Shown here: one piece after another, positions 31,091-43,257 of the stretch
Numbering within the stretch: the first letter of the stretch is position 1
How the letters are laid out: the number at the start of each line of letters is the position of its first letter
Made by a program: the position numbers and the translations under genes
NCBI GenBank assembly: GCA_000004985.1
Contig: GG738897.1
Reading direction: 5' to 3' (one strand)
From: Naegleria gruberi
Taxonomy: Eukaryota
Length of the DNA stretch: 64,000 nucleotides
The notes under the pieces: generated by a model
What the model was told of the DNA's origin: nothing
The model's database searches: none
The model's input: the letters and a program-made list of their open reading frames with translations, nothing else

Positions 31091-32322
31091 ATGTTGAAAT
31101 CAATAAAGCCAGGTTCTCATTCCTGGAGAAAGGCTTTTTCAGTAAATAATTTAAATTTGAGAGATTTTCATACCAAATCGTCATGTTTATTAGATCCGGT
31201 ACGAGTTATTGTCTCCCAATCTAATAATCCATACTTTAATTTGGCTACTGAAGATTATTTGTTTTCCATTGATAAAGAGGCTTTGGAATATCCAACTCTA
31301 TTCTTGTGGAGAAATGATAAGACTGTTGTTATTGGAAAACATCAAAATCCATTCAAGGAATGTAATCTTGCTCGGATGGAACAAGATGATGTTAATTTAG
31401 TGAGACGTAGATCAGGTGGAGGTGCTGTCTATCAAGATATGGTATGTATTAATTTGTTTTGAATCTTCATTATTAATAATCAATTATATACCAAATTGAA
31501 TAATAATAGGGAAATAGTATTTTCACTTTCTTATCACCAAAGGAAAGTTATTCAAAGGAATTGAATTTTAAAATTCTGATGGAATCTCTTAATAATGGAT
31601 TTAATATTAACAGTGAATTGAGTGGAAGAAATGATCTTATATTATCAGATTGTAAAAGAAAAATAAGTGGTTCAGCATTTAAACAAGGAAAGGATGTTTG
31701 TTTTCATCATGGTACAATGCTCTTAAATCTTGATACAGAAGCTTTACAAAAATATTTGACACCACACAAACTCAAATTACAAAGTAAGGGAGTAGCAAGT
31801 GTTGCTAGCAGAGTTTGTAATTTGCAAACCGTTTGCCCAACTATTTCACATGACAAATTTAATGAAGAACTTATCAGAGCCTTTTGTAGTAGATATGGAC
31901 AAACTGCTTCAAGTGTTGAAATTGAAAATGTGAATGAGAGCTACTTTTCTAATAATCAATCATGGAAAAACTTTTATGATGAATTGAGTGATAAGGAGTG
32001 GAATTACGGGTTAACTCCTGATTTTTCAAACAATATTGAAACAAAATTTGATTGGGGTCTTGTTGACCTACATATTGATTACAAAGCTGGCAAAATAGCT
32101 AATGTTAAAATGTACAGTGATGTCTTATTCCCAGTATTTGTAGAAATAGTCGAAGAGGGTCTTGTAAATAATGATTTTTCAAAGGAAGGTATTGACAATT
32201 TTGAAAGCTGGACTAAAGAGAGAATCAAGTTACTTCCAAATATCGACGATGCTTCTAAGGAAATTTTAACCAATTTTTCGAAACAGCTTTCCTCTTGGAT
32301 GTCAGTAGCGCTATTCGAGTAA
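31091..32322 (+). CDS. Lipoyltransferase / lipoate-protein ligase (LplA/LIPT1 family), 2 exons: 31091..31441 and 31510..32322
   Basis: FNLATEDYLF...PTLFLWRNDKTVVIGKHQNPFKECNLARMEQDDVNLVRRRSGGGAVYQDM|GNSIFTFLS matches LplA (FNLA.EE.IF.....LFLW.N..TVVIGR.QNPW.ECN...ME.D.V.L.RR.SGGGAV.HDLGN..F.F). GTATGT..AATAG intron 31442..31509. N-terminal presequence-like MLKSIKPGSHSWRKAFS suggests mitochondrial targeting. Confidence 0.8.
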
Positions 32323-32425
32323 ATAACCCTGCAATTGGATTACTAGTATTAATTTATAAAGTAGGAACTCTTTTGATAAGCAAAGAACAAGATTAGTTTC
32401 GTGGAACTCGAAAAAAAACCACAAA

Positions 32426-33481
32426 ATGCACACATCTCTTCACCAATTACCGTACGAGTTGTTTTGTGAAATCTTGTCATTTCTCCACTCCCACACCATA
32501 GTATCAACTTGTTCATTGGTATCAAAGGAATGGCTCGAAATGATCAAGAACCATGTAAAATTATTAATTGAATTTAAATTATTGAAACTATCCGGTGATG
32601 AAATATTAACAATGATGATTAATAGTCAATTCAAGGATTGTATCACAAATATTGAGAAAATTTATCCAAAGAAAATTACACATGAAGTATTACAAAATAT
32701 TACAAAATTGGAGAAGGTTAATTATGTTGATATTGCAGCAATAAGAATAGGTGATGAAGGAGCTAGTATGATTGGGCAAATGAAACAACTGACATATCTC
32801 GATATTTCGTTTACTGGTATCAGTTATAATGGAATGAGATCTATTGGTCAATTGACCAATTTAACCCAATTGATTTTTTCTTCAGATGATTATGAAAACT
32901 ATTCCGCTCCAAAAGGTGTTACAGTTGCTATACATTTGAGAAATTTGAAAAAATTAACACACCTTGATATTACTTACAATGAAATAGGTGATGAGGGATC
33001 TCAATTTATTAGTGAATTGCTGAATTTAACTTACTTGGAAATGCCAAATAATCAATTGAGAAACGAAGGTTTCAAAATGATTTCTAAACTTGAAAATTTA
33101 ACACATCTCAATATTAGTAATAACGATTTCAATTGTGAAAGTATGAAACATTTATGTGAATTGAAAAATTTAACAAGCTTGGAAGCATTCAACACTGGTA
33201 TAACTTCAAATGATGTTAAATTAATTGCAAATCATTTAAAGTACTTGACAGAGCTTGATTTATCCTGCAATGATATTGGAAATGAGGGTGCAAAGTATGT
33301 TAGTGAACTAAAACAATTACAATCTCTTCAATTGGCCCAAACTAATTTAGATTCTGAAGGAGTTAAATATTTAGTTAGATTGGACCAATTGACTGATCTT
33401 GATGTTAGTGAAAATTCCATTGATGCAGAAAGATGTAAATATCTTAATGAAATGAAACAATTAGAAGAACTTTCAATTTAA
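32426..33481 (+). CDS. F-box / leucine-rich-repeat protein (RNI-like LRRs)
   Basis: N-terminal F-box (LPYELFCEILSFLHSHTIVSTCSLVSKEWLEMI) followed by about nine LRRs (LTYLDISFTGIS, LTQLIFSSDD, LTHLDITYNEIGDEGSQFISE, LTYLEMPNNQLRNEGF, LTHLNISNNDF, LTSLEAFNTGITS, LTELDLSCNDIGNEGAKYVSE, LQSLQLAQTNLDSEGVKYL, LTDLDVSENSIDAE). Confidence 0.7.
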   Translation: MHTSLHQLPYELFCEILSFLHSHTIVSTCSLVSKEWLEMIKNHVKLLIEFKLLKLSGDEILTMMINSQFKDCITNIEKIYPKKITHEVLQNITKLEKVNYVDIAAIRIGDEGASMIGQMKQLTYLDISFTGISYNGMRSIGQLTNLTQLIFSSDDYENYSAPKGVTVAIHLRNLKKLTHLDITYNEIGDEGSQFISELLNLTYLEMPNNQLRNEGFKMISKLENLTHLNISNNDFNCESMKHLCELKNLTSLEAFNTGITSNDVKLIANHLKYLTELDLSCNDIGNEGAKYVSELKQLQSLQLAQTNLDSEGVKYLVRLDQLTDLDVSENSIDAERCKYLNEMKQLEELSI

Positions 33482-33933
33482 TGATAGTGAAATTGTTAAA
33501 TATTTCTTATTAACATTAAAGGAAATTTCTTTTAAACGAGAGAGTTAACATGGGCAATAACATATCCTTCTACACAACCATGTACTTTCTATTCCACTAA
33601 AGGGAAACTCTATCCCTTATTTGATATCTATTTGAATTCTAGATAATTAGTTGGTTAGAATGATTTTGGAATCTACTCAAATATTTTGAATTATCAGAGG
33701 AGGAATAAAACTATTGGAAACTTAATAAACAATGCTCAAACAGAAGAGTTCTACTGTTTCATTTGCTCACTCATCACCATTCCAACATTTATGAAGATTG
33801 TTCCGTTGAGTCCTGTCACCCATCGCTCTGTGCTTTCACACTTTAAAAAAAACGAGTTCTCATTCTTCCAACACAGAGCACATACAATTAACACCCACCC
33901 ACACAGCTGTTGTAGTTTTCCATCATCATCATT

Positions 33934-36506
33934 ATGAGTATCACAACATCAACAGCCGAGTCCAAACATTTAAAAGCTGGACAACGGCTCAACATTATGA
34001 AGGAAATTCTCGACACGGAAAAGAATTACATTGAAGAATTGGATGTATGTAATATTAAACAGTAATGTAAATTAAATTGTTATATATATACACTGATGAC
34101 TATTATGATAATTGAAAAGATTCTTGAAGATTTCTATGCAAAACCATTGAGGGAGTTAATTGGACAAAAACAAAAATTCATCACCAAAGAATTGCACAGT
34201 AAAATATTTAAAGGAGATTTGGTGATTATTAGAAAGACGAATGGAGAGTTGTATGGTGAATTGATTGAGAATTTTGAAATGGAAAGAGCAAACAAAGTTC
34301 GTAAGTGTTATTTTGAAAAAGATTGTTAAATACTTTACAATATTATAAATAATTAAACTTTACAATGATAGCAAACAAAACATTTGGACAAATATTTCTT
34401 CAATATGCACCTTTTATCAAGGGATATACACGTTATTTTAATGAATTTGATAATATTAATGCAACATTGGAAGATATTCGAAAGAATAATAAACCTCTCC
34501 AACAATGGATGGATGATCAGAGAAGAGAAGCCAAAAACAAACCATTGGGAGGATTATTAATTACTCCAATTCAAAGAGTACCAAGATATAAACTCCTACT
34601 TACAGAATTAGTGAGATATACATCACCTTACAATAAGGATTATTCAATGTTACAAAATGCATTAAAGGAAATTTCAGAAGTTGCAACAGAGCTCAATAAG
34701 AAAATCACTGAAAATCAAAATAGAGGTCGTTTATATGCAATTGGTGATATGATAAAAGGAAGAGAAAGATTAATTGAATTGGAACCAAACAAACAAATTG
34801 TTAAACCTGGAAGAATGTTTTATCAGGAAGTTAATTTAACAGGTGTCTATAGCAAAAAGTTTAATGTTAATATTAACAATTGTACTTTATTGATTTTTAA
34901 TAACATGTTTGTGTTGTGTAAGAATAATGATTCAACCAGAACAACAATGGCAGATATTGATGGAAGAGTAACCTATGATTATGAACATTTGGAATTTATA
35001 TTTGAACCTATTGTTTGTGAGGCACGTGTTATTGAAAAATCACCTGATTTATATCCATTCCCATGGATTATTGATATTCCAAGTGAAGAAGAGAATAGAA
35101 TTGAAGAGGATGTTGCCACTACTGGAAGTAAACCAACAAGTTCAAGTGGACCACTTGTTGACTCGGAACCAAAGAGAACCAAACACAATATCAATGAATT
35201 GTACATTTTCAAGAAACCACTCTTCCAATTGGTTTCTCAAAAGGATGTTTACACATTACAATTTAGTGGTGTTGAGGAAAAACTTGATTGTTTGAAAGCA
35301 GTTCACGATGCCATTGATGAACAATACAAGGATTGTAAATTAAAGGACAAGGAAAATAGAAGATGTCCATTTTTGAATTACGAAAAGGAGAGAATTCAAT
35401 TCTATTCGGAGAAGAAGGTTAATCCATTCCCTAAGGAACAAGTTGATGAATCAGATACAGTTGCTCAACTTTTCACAAATTATTCCTACATGTTAGGAAA
35501 GGATTTACCAAAATCAAGCTCAAAGAAGAAACAAGAAGAAATGGCAAATATTGTTAATGAGAAAGTATTGGAAGAGCTGAGACAGAAATTCAATTCCAAA
35601 TGTATTGAAGAACAAGCTTTGGGTGCTTTCTATGCTACGTATGATTGTTGTGAAGCTGATGCATCTCAATTCCAATTGAATTTCCATGTTGGTGACATTT
35701 TCATTTTATGGCAAAAGGTAAAGAAGGGTAAGAAATGGTTGCTGGTCCAGAAAACTGGTCTCAATTTCAGTCCAGTTAGAAAAATGCAACTTCTCGATGA
35801 ATTATTGCCAAATAATCTCAAAGATATGAAGAGTGTGATGAGAAAACAAAATCTTGCAAAGAAGAAGAAACCAAAAACACCAAAACAAGTAATTGCCATC
35901 ACTGATCATTATTGTAAAATAGAAAAAGAAATGGAAGCTGACAAATTATATGAAGAAATTGCTTTGGAATTGAACTTTTTATCACTTTTGTCTGAAACAA
36001 GCTTTGGAGTTTCCGCAAAGAAATCATCAGAAAGGGATAAGAATGAATATAAGAATCAAATCAGAAAATCAGTTCATCCAAGTTTATTAGGAGCAAAGAA
36101 GGATGAATACAAGCAAAACCCAGAAACTGTATTTTTCAAGAATATATTCAATGTGAGCGCAGATAGAAATCAGGTTGGTATTGTCCCAACTAAGGTTCTA
36201 TCTGAGCTACCAAATCAAACCTTCAAAACTCTCATTACACTCATGGAAAAGAGAGATGCACTCGAAGAGAAGAAGATTAGAAATTTCACAGTTTCTAAAA
36301 AGGGTCCAACAACAACAACAATTGGAGCAGGTAATAGCACACCTTCCACTTTGAGTACAGGCAATTCCAATAGTAAGACCAATTCTTCCAATAATACCCC
36401 AACTTCACCTTCTACCACTACTGAACAAGTTTCTCAAAGTGTTGATAATTTACAAACAGAAGGAAAGAGAAATAGACTCTTCTCCATATTTACAAAGAAT
36501 AAATAA
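33934..36506 (+). CDS. RhoGEF (Dbl-homology domain, probable PH domain, Ser/Thr-rich tail), 3 exons: 33934..34044, 34120..34300, 34372..36506
   Basis: DH signature across exons: ...IMKEILDTEKNYIEELD|ILEDFYAKPL...|...FGQIFLQYAPFIKGYTRYFNEF...LGGLLITPIQRVPRYKLLLTELVRYT. Introns 34045..34119 (GTATGT..GAAAAG) and 34301..34371 (GTAAGT..TGATAG). Confidence 0.7.
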
Positions 36507-36602
36507 TCATCTCTAATAGATTGATTTCATAAAAACTCAAATAAAACTTCAATTTCTCAATGCTAAACGCTGCCAATTTTTAAATTAGAAATTCAAAAAA
36601 AA

Positions 36603-37769
36603 ATGGGAAGAAAAACAAAAGGATTTGATGATGACGGTTACTACAATAATAAAGAAAAAGCTGGTGGTAGTGCTGGTAAAGCATTAAAAGGAGTTTTTAA
36701 TAAGAGAGGATCAAATCATAGAGGATATAAAGCCGGAGGATATGGTGGATATTACAAGGCTATGGAAATGCTCGATAATGAATCATCTATGGAAATGGAA
36801 AGAAAGAAAAAACCAATAGAAGATTCTGAAGAGGAGGAAGAAGAGGAGAAAGAAGAAAAGGAAGAAGAAAAATCTGAAGAAGAGGAAGAAGAATCCGAAG
36901 AAGAAGAGGAAGAAGAAAAATCGGAAAAGCCTAAAATTGATGATGGTGAATTCCAACCTCAAAGAGTACAAAAAACTAAAAAGCAAATGCGTTTAGAAAG
37001 ATTAGCACAAAGAAAATCAGAGAAGGAAAAGGAAAAACCCGAAGTTAAAAAAGAAGCACCTAAAAAGAAGACAAATTTCCCTATTGATTTAGCAATGTGG
37101 GATTTCCAACAATGTGATTCAAAGAGATGTACAGGTAAAAAGTTAGAAAGAATGAGAATGTTGAGATCATTACCTGTCTCTTGTCACTTTAGAGGAGTTG
37201 TTCTTACACCACAAGGTAAACAATCAGTTTCAGCAGCAGATAGAGAAGTTGTTAAAGAACATGGTGCATGTGTTGTGGATTGTTCATGGAATTGTTTAGA
37301 TATGGTACCATTCCATAAATTGAAATCACCAAATAATAGATTATTACCTTACCTTGTTGCTGCCAATCCTGTAAATTATGGTAGACCATTGAAATTAAGC
37401 TGTGCTGAAGCTCTTGCTGGAACTATGTATATTTGTGGATTGAAAGAAGAAGCTAAAGCTCTTTTAGCAAAATTCAAATGGGGACATTCATTTATTGAAC
37501 TCAATTATGATTTATTAGAAGCTTATTCACAGTGTAAGAATAGTGCAGAAGTTGTCGCCGTTCAACAAGATTATATTACAAAATTAGAAAAGGAAGCTAG
37601 TTCAAAAGAAAAGAGTGATTCTTCAGGAAATATTGTTTCTGCTGATGATTTATATGGCGAATATTTTACAAAAGATGATGAAAATGAAGAAGAAGGTGTT
37701 GAAGATGATTTGGTAGAACCACTTTCTGATGAAGAAGAGGAAGATGATGACGATGAAGAAGAAGAATAA
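36603..37769 (+). CDS. TSR3: Ribosome biogenesis protein Tsr3 (18S rRNA aminocarboxypropyltransferase) with poly-Glu N-terminal insert and acidic C-tail
   Basis: FPIDLAMWDFQQCDSKRCTGKKLERMRMLRSL...GVVLTPQGKQSVSAADREVVKEHGACVVDCSWNCLD.VPF......NRLLPYLVAANPVNYGRPLKLSCAEALAGTMYICGLKEEAKALLAKFKWGHSFIELN matches human TSR3 almost motif by motif (LAMWELGHCDP.RCTG.KLARLGLV, LLPYLVAANPVNYGRP..LSCVEA). Confidence 0.8.
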   Translation: MGRKTKGFDDDGYYNNKEKAGGSAGKALKGVFNKRGSNHRGYKAGGYGGYYKAMEMLDNESSMEMERKKKPIEDSEEEEEEEKEEKEEEKSEEEEEESEEEEEEEKSEKPKIDDGEFQPQRVQKTKKQMRLERLAQRKSEKEKEKPEVKKEAPKKKTNFPIDLAMWDFQQCDSKRCTGKKLERMRMLRSLPVSCHFRGVVLTPQGKQSVSAADREVVKEHGACVVDCSWNCLDMVPFHKLKSPNNRLLPYLVAANPVNYGRPLKLSCAEALAGTMYICGLKEEAKALLAKFKWGHSFIELNYDLLEAYSQCKNSAEVVAVQQDYITKLEKEASSKEKSDSSGNIVSADDLYGEYFTKDDENEEEGVEDDLVEPLSDEEEEDDDDEEEE

Positions 37770-37902
37770 ATTATTATAAACAAAATAAGATCCAATGAAG
37801 AAAATTATTTATCGTTGTTATCTTTGTGTTTTTCTTGTAATTTCTTGGTAATTGGTTCTATGGCTTGATGGAAAATCAAATTAAATTTTTTTCCAGTAAA
37901 AA

Positions 37903-39538
37903 ATGAACAAACGTCGAAGCACCTCTTCCGTTGGATCATCAACAGCCTCTTCTTCATCATCAATGAGTGTCGTGCAACAAAGAGGCTTTAATTTATATGA
38001 TGGTTCAACTAATCACAGTACAGCTAGCAGTACAACACTTTCATCAAATTCTGTTAGTCAGAGCATGTTTCCAGGACAAACACCTCTTCTTTTTCCACCA
38101 CAACAACAAAACCTTCAACAACAACAACAAGTGTTAATAACTGCTACAAAGACTGGACACTTGTGTACGGAACAAGAAGAGGAAACTAGATTGCAATATC
38201 TCTTTCAAAAATACTATAATCTTGAGAAGAGACACCGAATTGAAATGCAGTGGTATGGGCATCCAATCAGGTATGTAAATTTTGTGCGATCAAGCATGCT
38301 AAATAATTTTACCACATGATAACAGTAATAATAATAACTGTCCAGCTATGGTTGATATTTTGGTGACTAGTAGAAAGTTGAAAAACGAAGAAACCTCACC
38401 AACAGAAGTACTATTCAAAACACATTCATACGAAATTAAATTAATACCGAATGAGTATTTCTTTGAGTGGAATGGTGGAAAAAAGAGTGGATATAATGTT
38501 GAACTTAAATTATTTAAAAAAGCTGTTAGTGGAAAAAAGAAGAAAGGAGAGGAATCACAAGAAGTATATAATGAACACACTGATTGTGGTGTTCCATTGA
38601 TTAGTTATACATATACAGAGGATGTGTTCACAAATTCTTGGATTTTGAACTTGATATGGCCAGATGAAAAAACTAAAACATCCTTCAGAGGAGACTTTTA
38701 CTTTTCAATTTCTGTTTATAGAAAAATTGATGAAGATACATTTAGAAGACTTTTCACAAGAGTTTCAAGTAGATTTAAGATTGTATCAAAACCTGGTGTA
38801 TATTTAAGTAAGAAGAGAAAAAAGTCTGAGGAAGATGAAGAAGTTTCCAATGAAGTACCAAGCTCTAAGAAACTTCAACCACCACAAAAGGTCATTCCTC
38901 CAAATTCATCATCAAGTGCCACCTCAACTTTATTACTTCCAAGCTTAGAAGCTACTCCAATGCCAACTTCCAATTCAAACCTAAATACTATTTTCACAAA
39001 TACTGTACATGATGCATCATTATTCCTTCCTCTTCCACAAACAATCAAGCAACAACCATTATCTCAATTATCTACACAAGAGAATCTCCTATCTGATAAT
39101 CAATTCTTTGCAGAAATGGACTCTAATAGAAATTTGATGCAACCACCAATAACCAATGAATCTACCAAGTCTGTGGATACATCTTTAAAGATTGATAACT
39201 CCCAGCTGAAGCCATCCTTTGATAATTTATTCTTTTCACAAGCTTCTCAACCATTCCTTTCATTTTCTCTTATTGAACCAACTCCAAAACCATCATCAGA
39301 AGAAATTAATCCATTCTCACCAATAACACCTCATACACCATCAACACCAAATGGTATTTTTGGAGAACATCAACAAAATCCTCAAAAAGGTGTGTTGACA
39401 CTCAATTTTTCACAAGAGGGAGCAACTGAAAATGATTGGTGGTTCTACAATACTTCTCAATTACCAGAGAAAGAAGCTCAAACCAATGATGATTTCTATC
39501 ACAAAATGTTGGAAGATACTAATAATAGGAAAGTGTAA
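37903..39538 (+). CDS. Hypothetical Ser/Gln-rich protein, 2 exons: 37903..38270 and 38326..39538 (intron 38271..38325, GTATGT..AACAG)
   Basis: ORFs 37903..38319 and 38348..39538 are 28 nt apart. A phase-2 GT-AG intron joins ...QWYGHPI|S|NNNNCPAMVDILVTSRKLK. No domain recognised. Confidence 0.4.
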
Positions 39539-39587
39539 ATTTGAATTTATTAAATAATTATGATGACTAACAAGTGTGTTTTGAAAG

Positions 39588-40790
39588 TCAAAGGTTAAAA
39601 TCCTCTACAATTATTGTGCAGGCAGGATCTAATGTAGAATCACTAACATGACTCAACGAAATTAGAGTTGCAGTATTAGTATTAACACTGCCAGTTAACT
39701 CTTCGTCTATTGATTGTCTATTAGAGGAATCAGTAATGCAATCAAAATTGTCTAATGAATTCTTAATCATTTGACTAGTGCATTTAGATTCTCTCCAAGT
39801 ACGGTATTCTTTAGTTTGTATAAATCTGGAAAAGGAATCAAAAAGATTTGTACAAACATCTCTTTTCAAAAATTCCAAAACTGTTTTGGAAGTTTCAACA
39901 TCAATCTTCTTTGAAAATCTTTCTCTTTCAACAAGTTTTCTACTTGAATGGGAAACATTCACCTCTTTATCACTTGAACTACTAAGAAATCTATCATGAA
40001 TTGATTTGATATGTTTACTTCTCTTACTTGATGAAATATTTGACAAGCGTTGTTCAAGTATTTCTAATTCTTTAAATAATTCAATATTTTCAGTACATAA
40101 TTGTTGTTCACAAAACTCATAAAACAATTGCATTCCACTTGGATCTCTCAAAAGTGCAATTATTTCTTGTATATTAATTGATGGATTTAAACTATTGAAA
40201 ATATCTTCGTCTTCGTTAGAGGATGAGGATAAGATTGGTGATGTTGAAACTGATGATGTTAGTGATGATTTGTTTGGTGATAATTGTAATAATCTCTTAT
40301 GTTTTGGAATGGTAGTTGAACTTGGAGAAAGTGAAACTGATTTACGGTCATTAAGTATATTTTTGCTGTTTGGCATATTGACAAGTGAAAATCTTTTTTC
40401 TTGACTGTTAGATTGATCATTAGAATGTTTGTTGGAAGAATTAATGTCGTTCGGATGACGTTGTTTCTTATCCTTTGTTGGTGTGCCCAAAGACACTGTA
40501 AATCTCTTATTAGAAGAAGCAGAAGAATTCGGTGATGATGAATTATTATTGTTGGTACTAGTAATAATACTTGATGAAGTTATTGTCAAATGTGTTGGAA
40601 GATGTGAATTGGTAAGACTCTTACGATCACCACTACCTCCAACCATCATCAAACGACCAAGACTATTTCTATTAGTAGTCGTAGATTTAGATTCATCAAT
40701 AGTGGATTCAAAATCATCGGCATATTCATTCGAATGTCCATACAGAACTGAATGACGTTTCAGGGAGGATTTCTGTTGATTATTTCCCAT
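39588..40790 (-). CDS. RGS-domain protein with N-terminal myristoylation-type MGNNQQK start and Ser-rich middle
   Basis: RGS box: EIIALLRDPSGMQLFYEFCEQQLCTENIELFKELEILEQ...HIKSIHDRFL...VNVSHSSRKLVERE...VLEFLKRDVCTNLFDSFSRFIQTKEY (pattern ..F..FL..E.S.EN..FW.A.E.F). ORF track start (MINIYTMGNN) is 6 codons upstream of the MG start at 40790. Confidence 0.6.
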   Translation of the reverse strand: MGNNQQKSSLKRHSVLYGHSNEYADDFESTIDESKSTTTNRNSLGRLMMVGGSGDRKSLTNSHLPTHLTITSSSIITSTNNNNSSSPNSSASSNKRFTVSLGTPTKDKKQRHPNDINSSNKHSNDQSNSQEKRFSLVNMPNSKNILNDRKSVSLSPSSTTIPKHKRLLQLSPNKSSLTSSVSTSPILSSSSNEDEDIFNSLNPSINIQEIIALLRDPSGMQLFYEFCEQQLCTENIELFKELEILEQRLSNISSSKRSKHIKSIHDRFLSSSSDKEVNVSHSSRKLVERERFSKKIDVETSKTVLEFLKRDVCTNLFDSFSRFIQTKEYRTWRESKCTSQMIKNSLDNFDCITDSSNRQSIDEELTGSVNTNTATLISLSHVSDSTLDPACTIIVEDFNL

Positions 40791-41217
40791 TGTATATATA
40801 TTGATCAAAATTGTTTTAAAGGTATGTAGTTGATGCAGATGATTGAATCCAACTCCTAACGACTGAGATCTTGAATATCACACAACACTTCGTTTCTTTT
40901 TTTTTCGAACGCACCATTCACCAACAGGCAATTAAATATTTGATTGATGTCCTCTTTTTTTGATGCGAAACTAAAAGGCCTTAAGGCACTCACGGTCTGT
41001 TGGTTTTTGGTGCTGATTACTCAATCATCACCTTAATTGGCACAAATTGTTTGTCATTTCTTAGATTACCATCTTTGAAATTAAGACACTCTCTGAATTT
41101 GTTTCTTTTCATTATACCCTCAATAATTTTTCAATGTAGTAATTAGTTTGGCAAGATTAAACACGAATGTGAAAATGTCTTTTTCTTTTTAACTTTTTTA
41201 TTCGTGAATTTGATATC

Positions 41218-42819
41218 TTACATCAGCTCATCTTTAATGATATGAACGATGGATTGAATCCACGAATTCAAAATTTGAGGAAGTGTTATTGAGGAATGTA
41301 AATTCTGAAAAGGTATATTATCAATACTTTTTCCAATACCAAACAATGCTTTACCTCCAATTAAATTATTAAAATATCTTCGTATATTTACAAATAAACT
41401 ATTCTTTTCTGTTGCATAATTATTTTTAAATGTTATCGAACATGGAAGAATATTTAAATCCTCTACAAGTACATCAATATTTAAATTTGGGAGTGTTATA
41501 GTTCCCTTTTCTCTTGGATGTACAATAAATATTACTGTATATACTGTATCAGATTGTTTTTCTACCTTAATTAGAGGTAGATCTACAATGTTACATGTTA
41601 GAGAGGGTAATTCATCCAATTTTACCTCATTTATCAAACTTCGTTTTATAATATCTATAGCTGCAAGTCTCTTTTTAGGATTTGGTGGTAAATTCAGTAT
41701 AGTATCTCTCTTCTTAGTCGAGGGTATTAAATCAAAACAATTTAAATCTCCTACAATTGAATTTGATGAAATTAAATATGAAAATCCTAAATTTTCAGTC
41801 AATATTTCAATACCAGCTTGAAGTTCCTTTTCTGGTAATTTCAGAATATCAAAATCTTGATCAAATTGAATTTTAAATTTCTTCTTTAAACCTTCTTTCA
41901 GAGAAGAAATAAATTTCATATGACCCTCGTTAGGTTTAAAAGTAGTTTTTTTTTCAGGAGTATTAAACAAATTGAGTAAAAATTCTAAATGTTTGGCATT
42001 TTCATTTTGTTTTGTACAGTCAATAGTTAATTTTTCATATTCATTCGATCCTTTTGGAAATTTATCCAATTTTAATTTACTTTCCTCAAGCCTTTTTTGT
42101 AAGGGTGTCAAAACTTCTGCTCTAATAAAATCTGCATGTTTTTTCAATTGTTCATAAACTTTCCAATATACAGCTGTAAAATCCTCGGTGCTATTATTTT
42201 GTAAATTATTGGAAGCAATATTACTCGTTCCAATATTAGATTTAGTATTAATACAATCAAACAATTCCTTTTGAATATTTTCTAATGTATAAGATGCTGG
42301 TTTATAATTTGTAAATATCAATTTTGCTATTGAACTTAGAAATACTTCTTTTGAAGAAGCCTTTTTCCAACCATCCACAATTTTCTCTAAAAAGTCCTTA
42401 TTATCTTCTTGTGTAATATTAGCAATTTTAGATGCCAATGAAAATAATTCCTTTCTCTTCTCTCTATTAATTTCATCCCTCCATGAAGGTTCCGATGGTG
42501 CCTGTTGTTGTTGTTGTTGATGTGCTGATGTTATTTGATGTTGTTGTTGTTGTTGTTGTTGTAGCAGTGGATTAATACTACCTCCTGTAAGTATTTTAAC
42601 AGGTTGTTTGTTATTCTTGAGTAACGACATCGGAGCAGTCCCACCTAATGGTAAGCCAATATTTGATGTCATAATATTCGGTGGAACACCAGCAACTAAA
42701 GTAGAAGAAGGAACCTTCGAAGTCATTGTCTGTATCGATGATGATAAAGGCTTGTTCGAGGTTGTTAAACCACCACCACCAGCTGCCGATGAAGAGGGTT
42801 TCATTTTTTCATCGAACAA
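41218..42819 (-). CDS. Hypothetical Gln-rich (poly-Q) nuclear-type protein, 533 aa
   Basis: Uninterrupted ORF with ATG; QQQQQQHQITSAHQQQQQQ tract encoded by (CAA/CAG)n at about 42480-42570. Structured C-terminal 300 aa without recognisable motif. Confidence 0.4.
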   Translation of the reverse strand: MFDEKMKPSSSAAGGGGLTTSNKPLSSSIQTMTSKVPSSTLVAGVPPNIMTSNIGLPLGGTAPMSLLKNNKQPVKILTGGSINPLLQQQQQQQHQITSAHQQQQQQAPSEPSWRDEINREKRKELFSLASKIANITQEDNKDFLEKIVDGWKKASSKEVFLSSIAKLIFTNYKPASYTLENIQKELFDCINTKSNIGTSNIASNNLQNNSTEDFTAVYWKVYEQLKKHADFIRAEVLTPLQKRLEESKLKLDKFPKGSNEYEKLTIDCTKQNENAKHLEFLLNLFNTPEKKTTFKPNEGHMKFISSLKEGLKKKFKIQFDQDFDILKLPEKELQAGIEILTENLGFSYLISSNSIVGDLNCFDLIPSTKKRDTILNLPPNPKKRLAAIDIIKRSLINEVKLDELPSLTCNIVDLPLIKVEKQSDTVYTVIFIVHPREKGTITLPNLNIDVLVEDLNILPCSITFKNNYATEKNSLFVNIRRYFNNLIGGKALFGIGKSIDNIPFQNLHSSITLPQILNSWIQSIVHIIKDELM

Positions 42820-43257
42820 ATTTCAATGATAATTATTATTACGGAAAGTTATTTTGTTTTGGCTGCAATGTATTTCACTGTGGTGGAAGTTTTTTAGAGT
42901 GTGATGAGTCATCAAGGAAGATCACGTTATGTTCTTTAAAGTATCCTCCTGTGAATGTTAACAAACTCATTCAAGTGAAGGACAATTTTGGTGGGTGCGT
43001 AGTTTGGAAATTTTGAGAGACAATTTCAAAATTGAGATTCCATGCTTGCTTTTTGATTGCATCCCTTCCCCCTGAGACAAACCAAAAGATATATGTAAAT
43101 CATTGATGAAGAGAATATATGATATTCTGGATTGGAAAATTAGATTATCAGAATGATGGTGATGATAATTAAACATAATAAAAAATGTCTGGAGTGGTAT
43201 GTGTTTATATTTGATGATACTGATGATGTTGATCACAAAATCTCTTAGGAAGACTAC

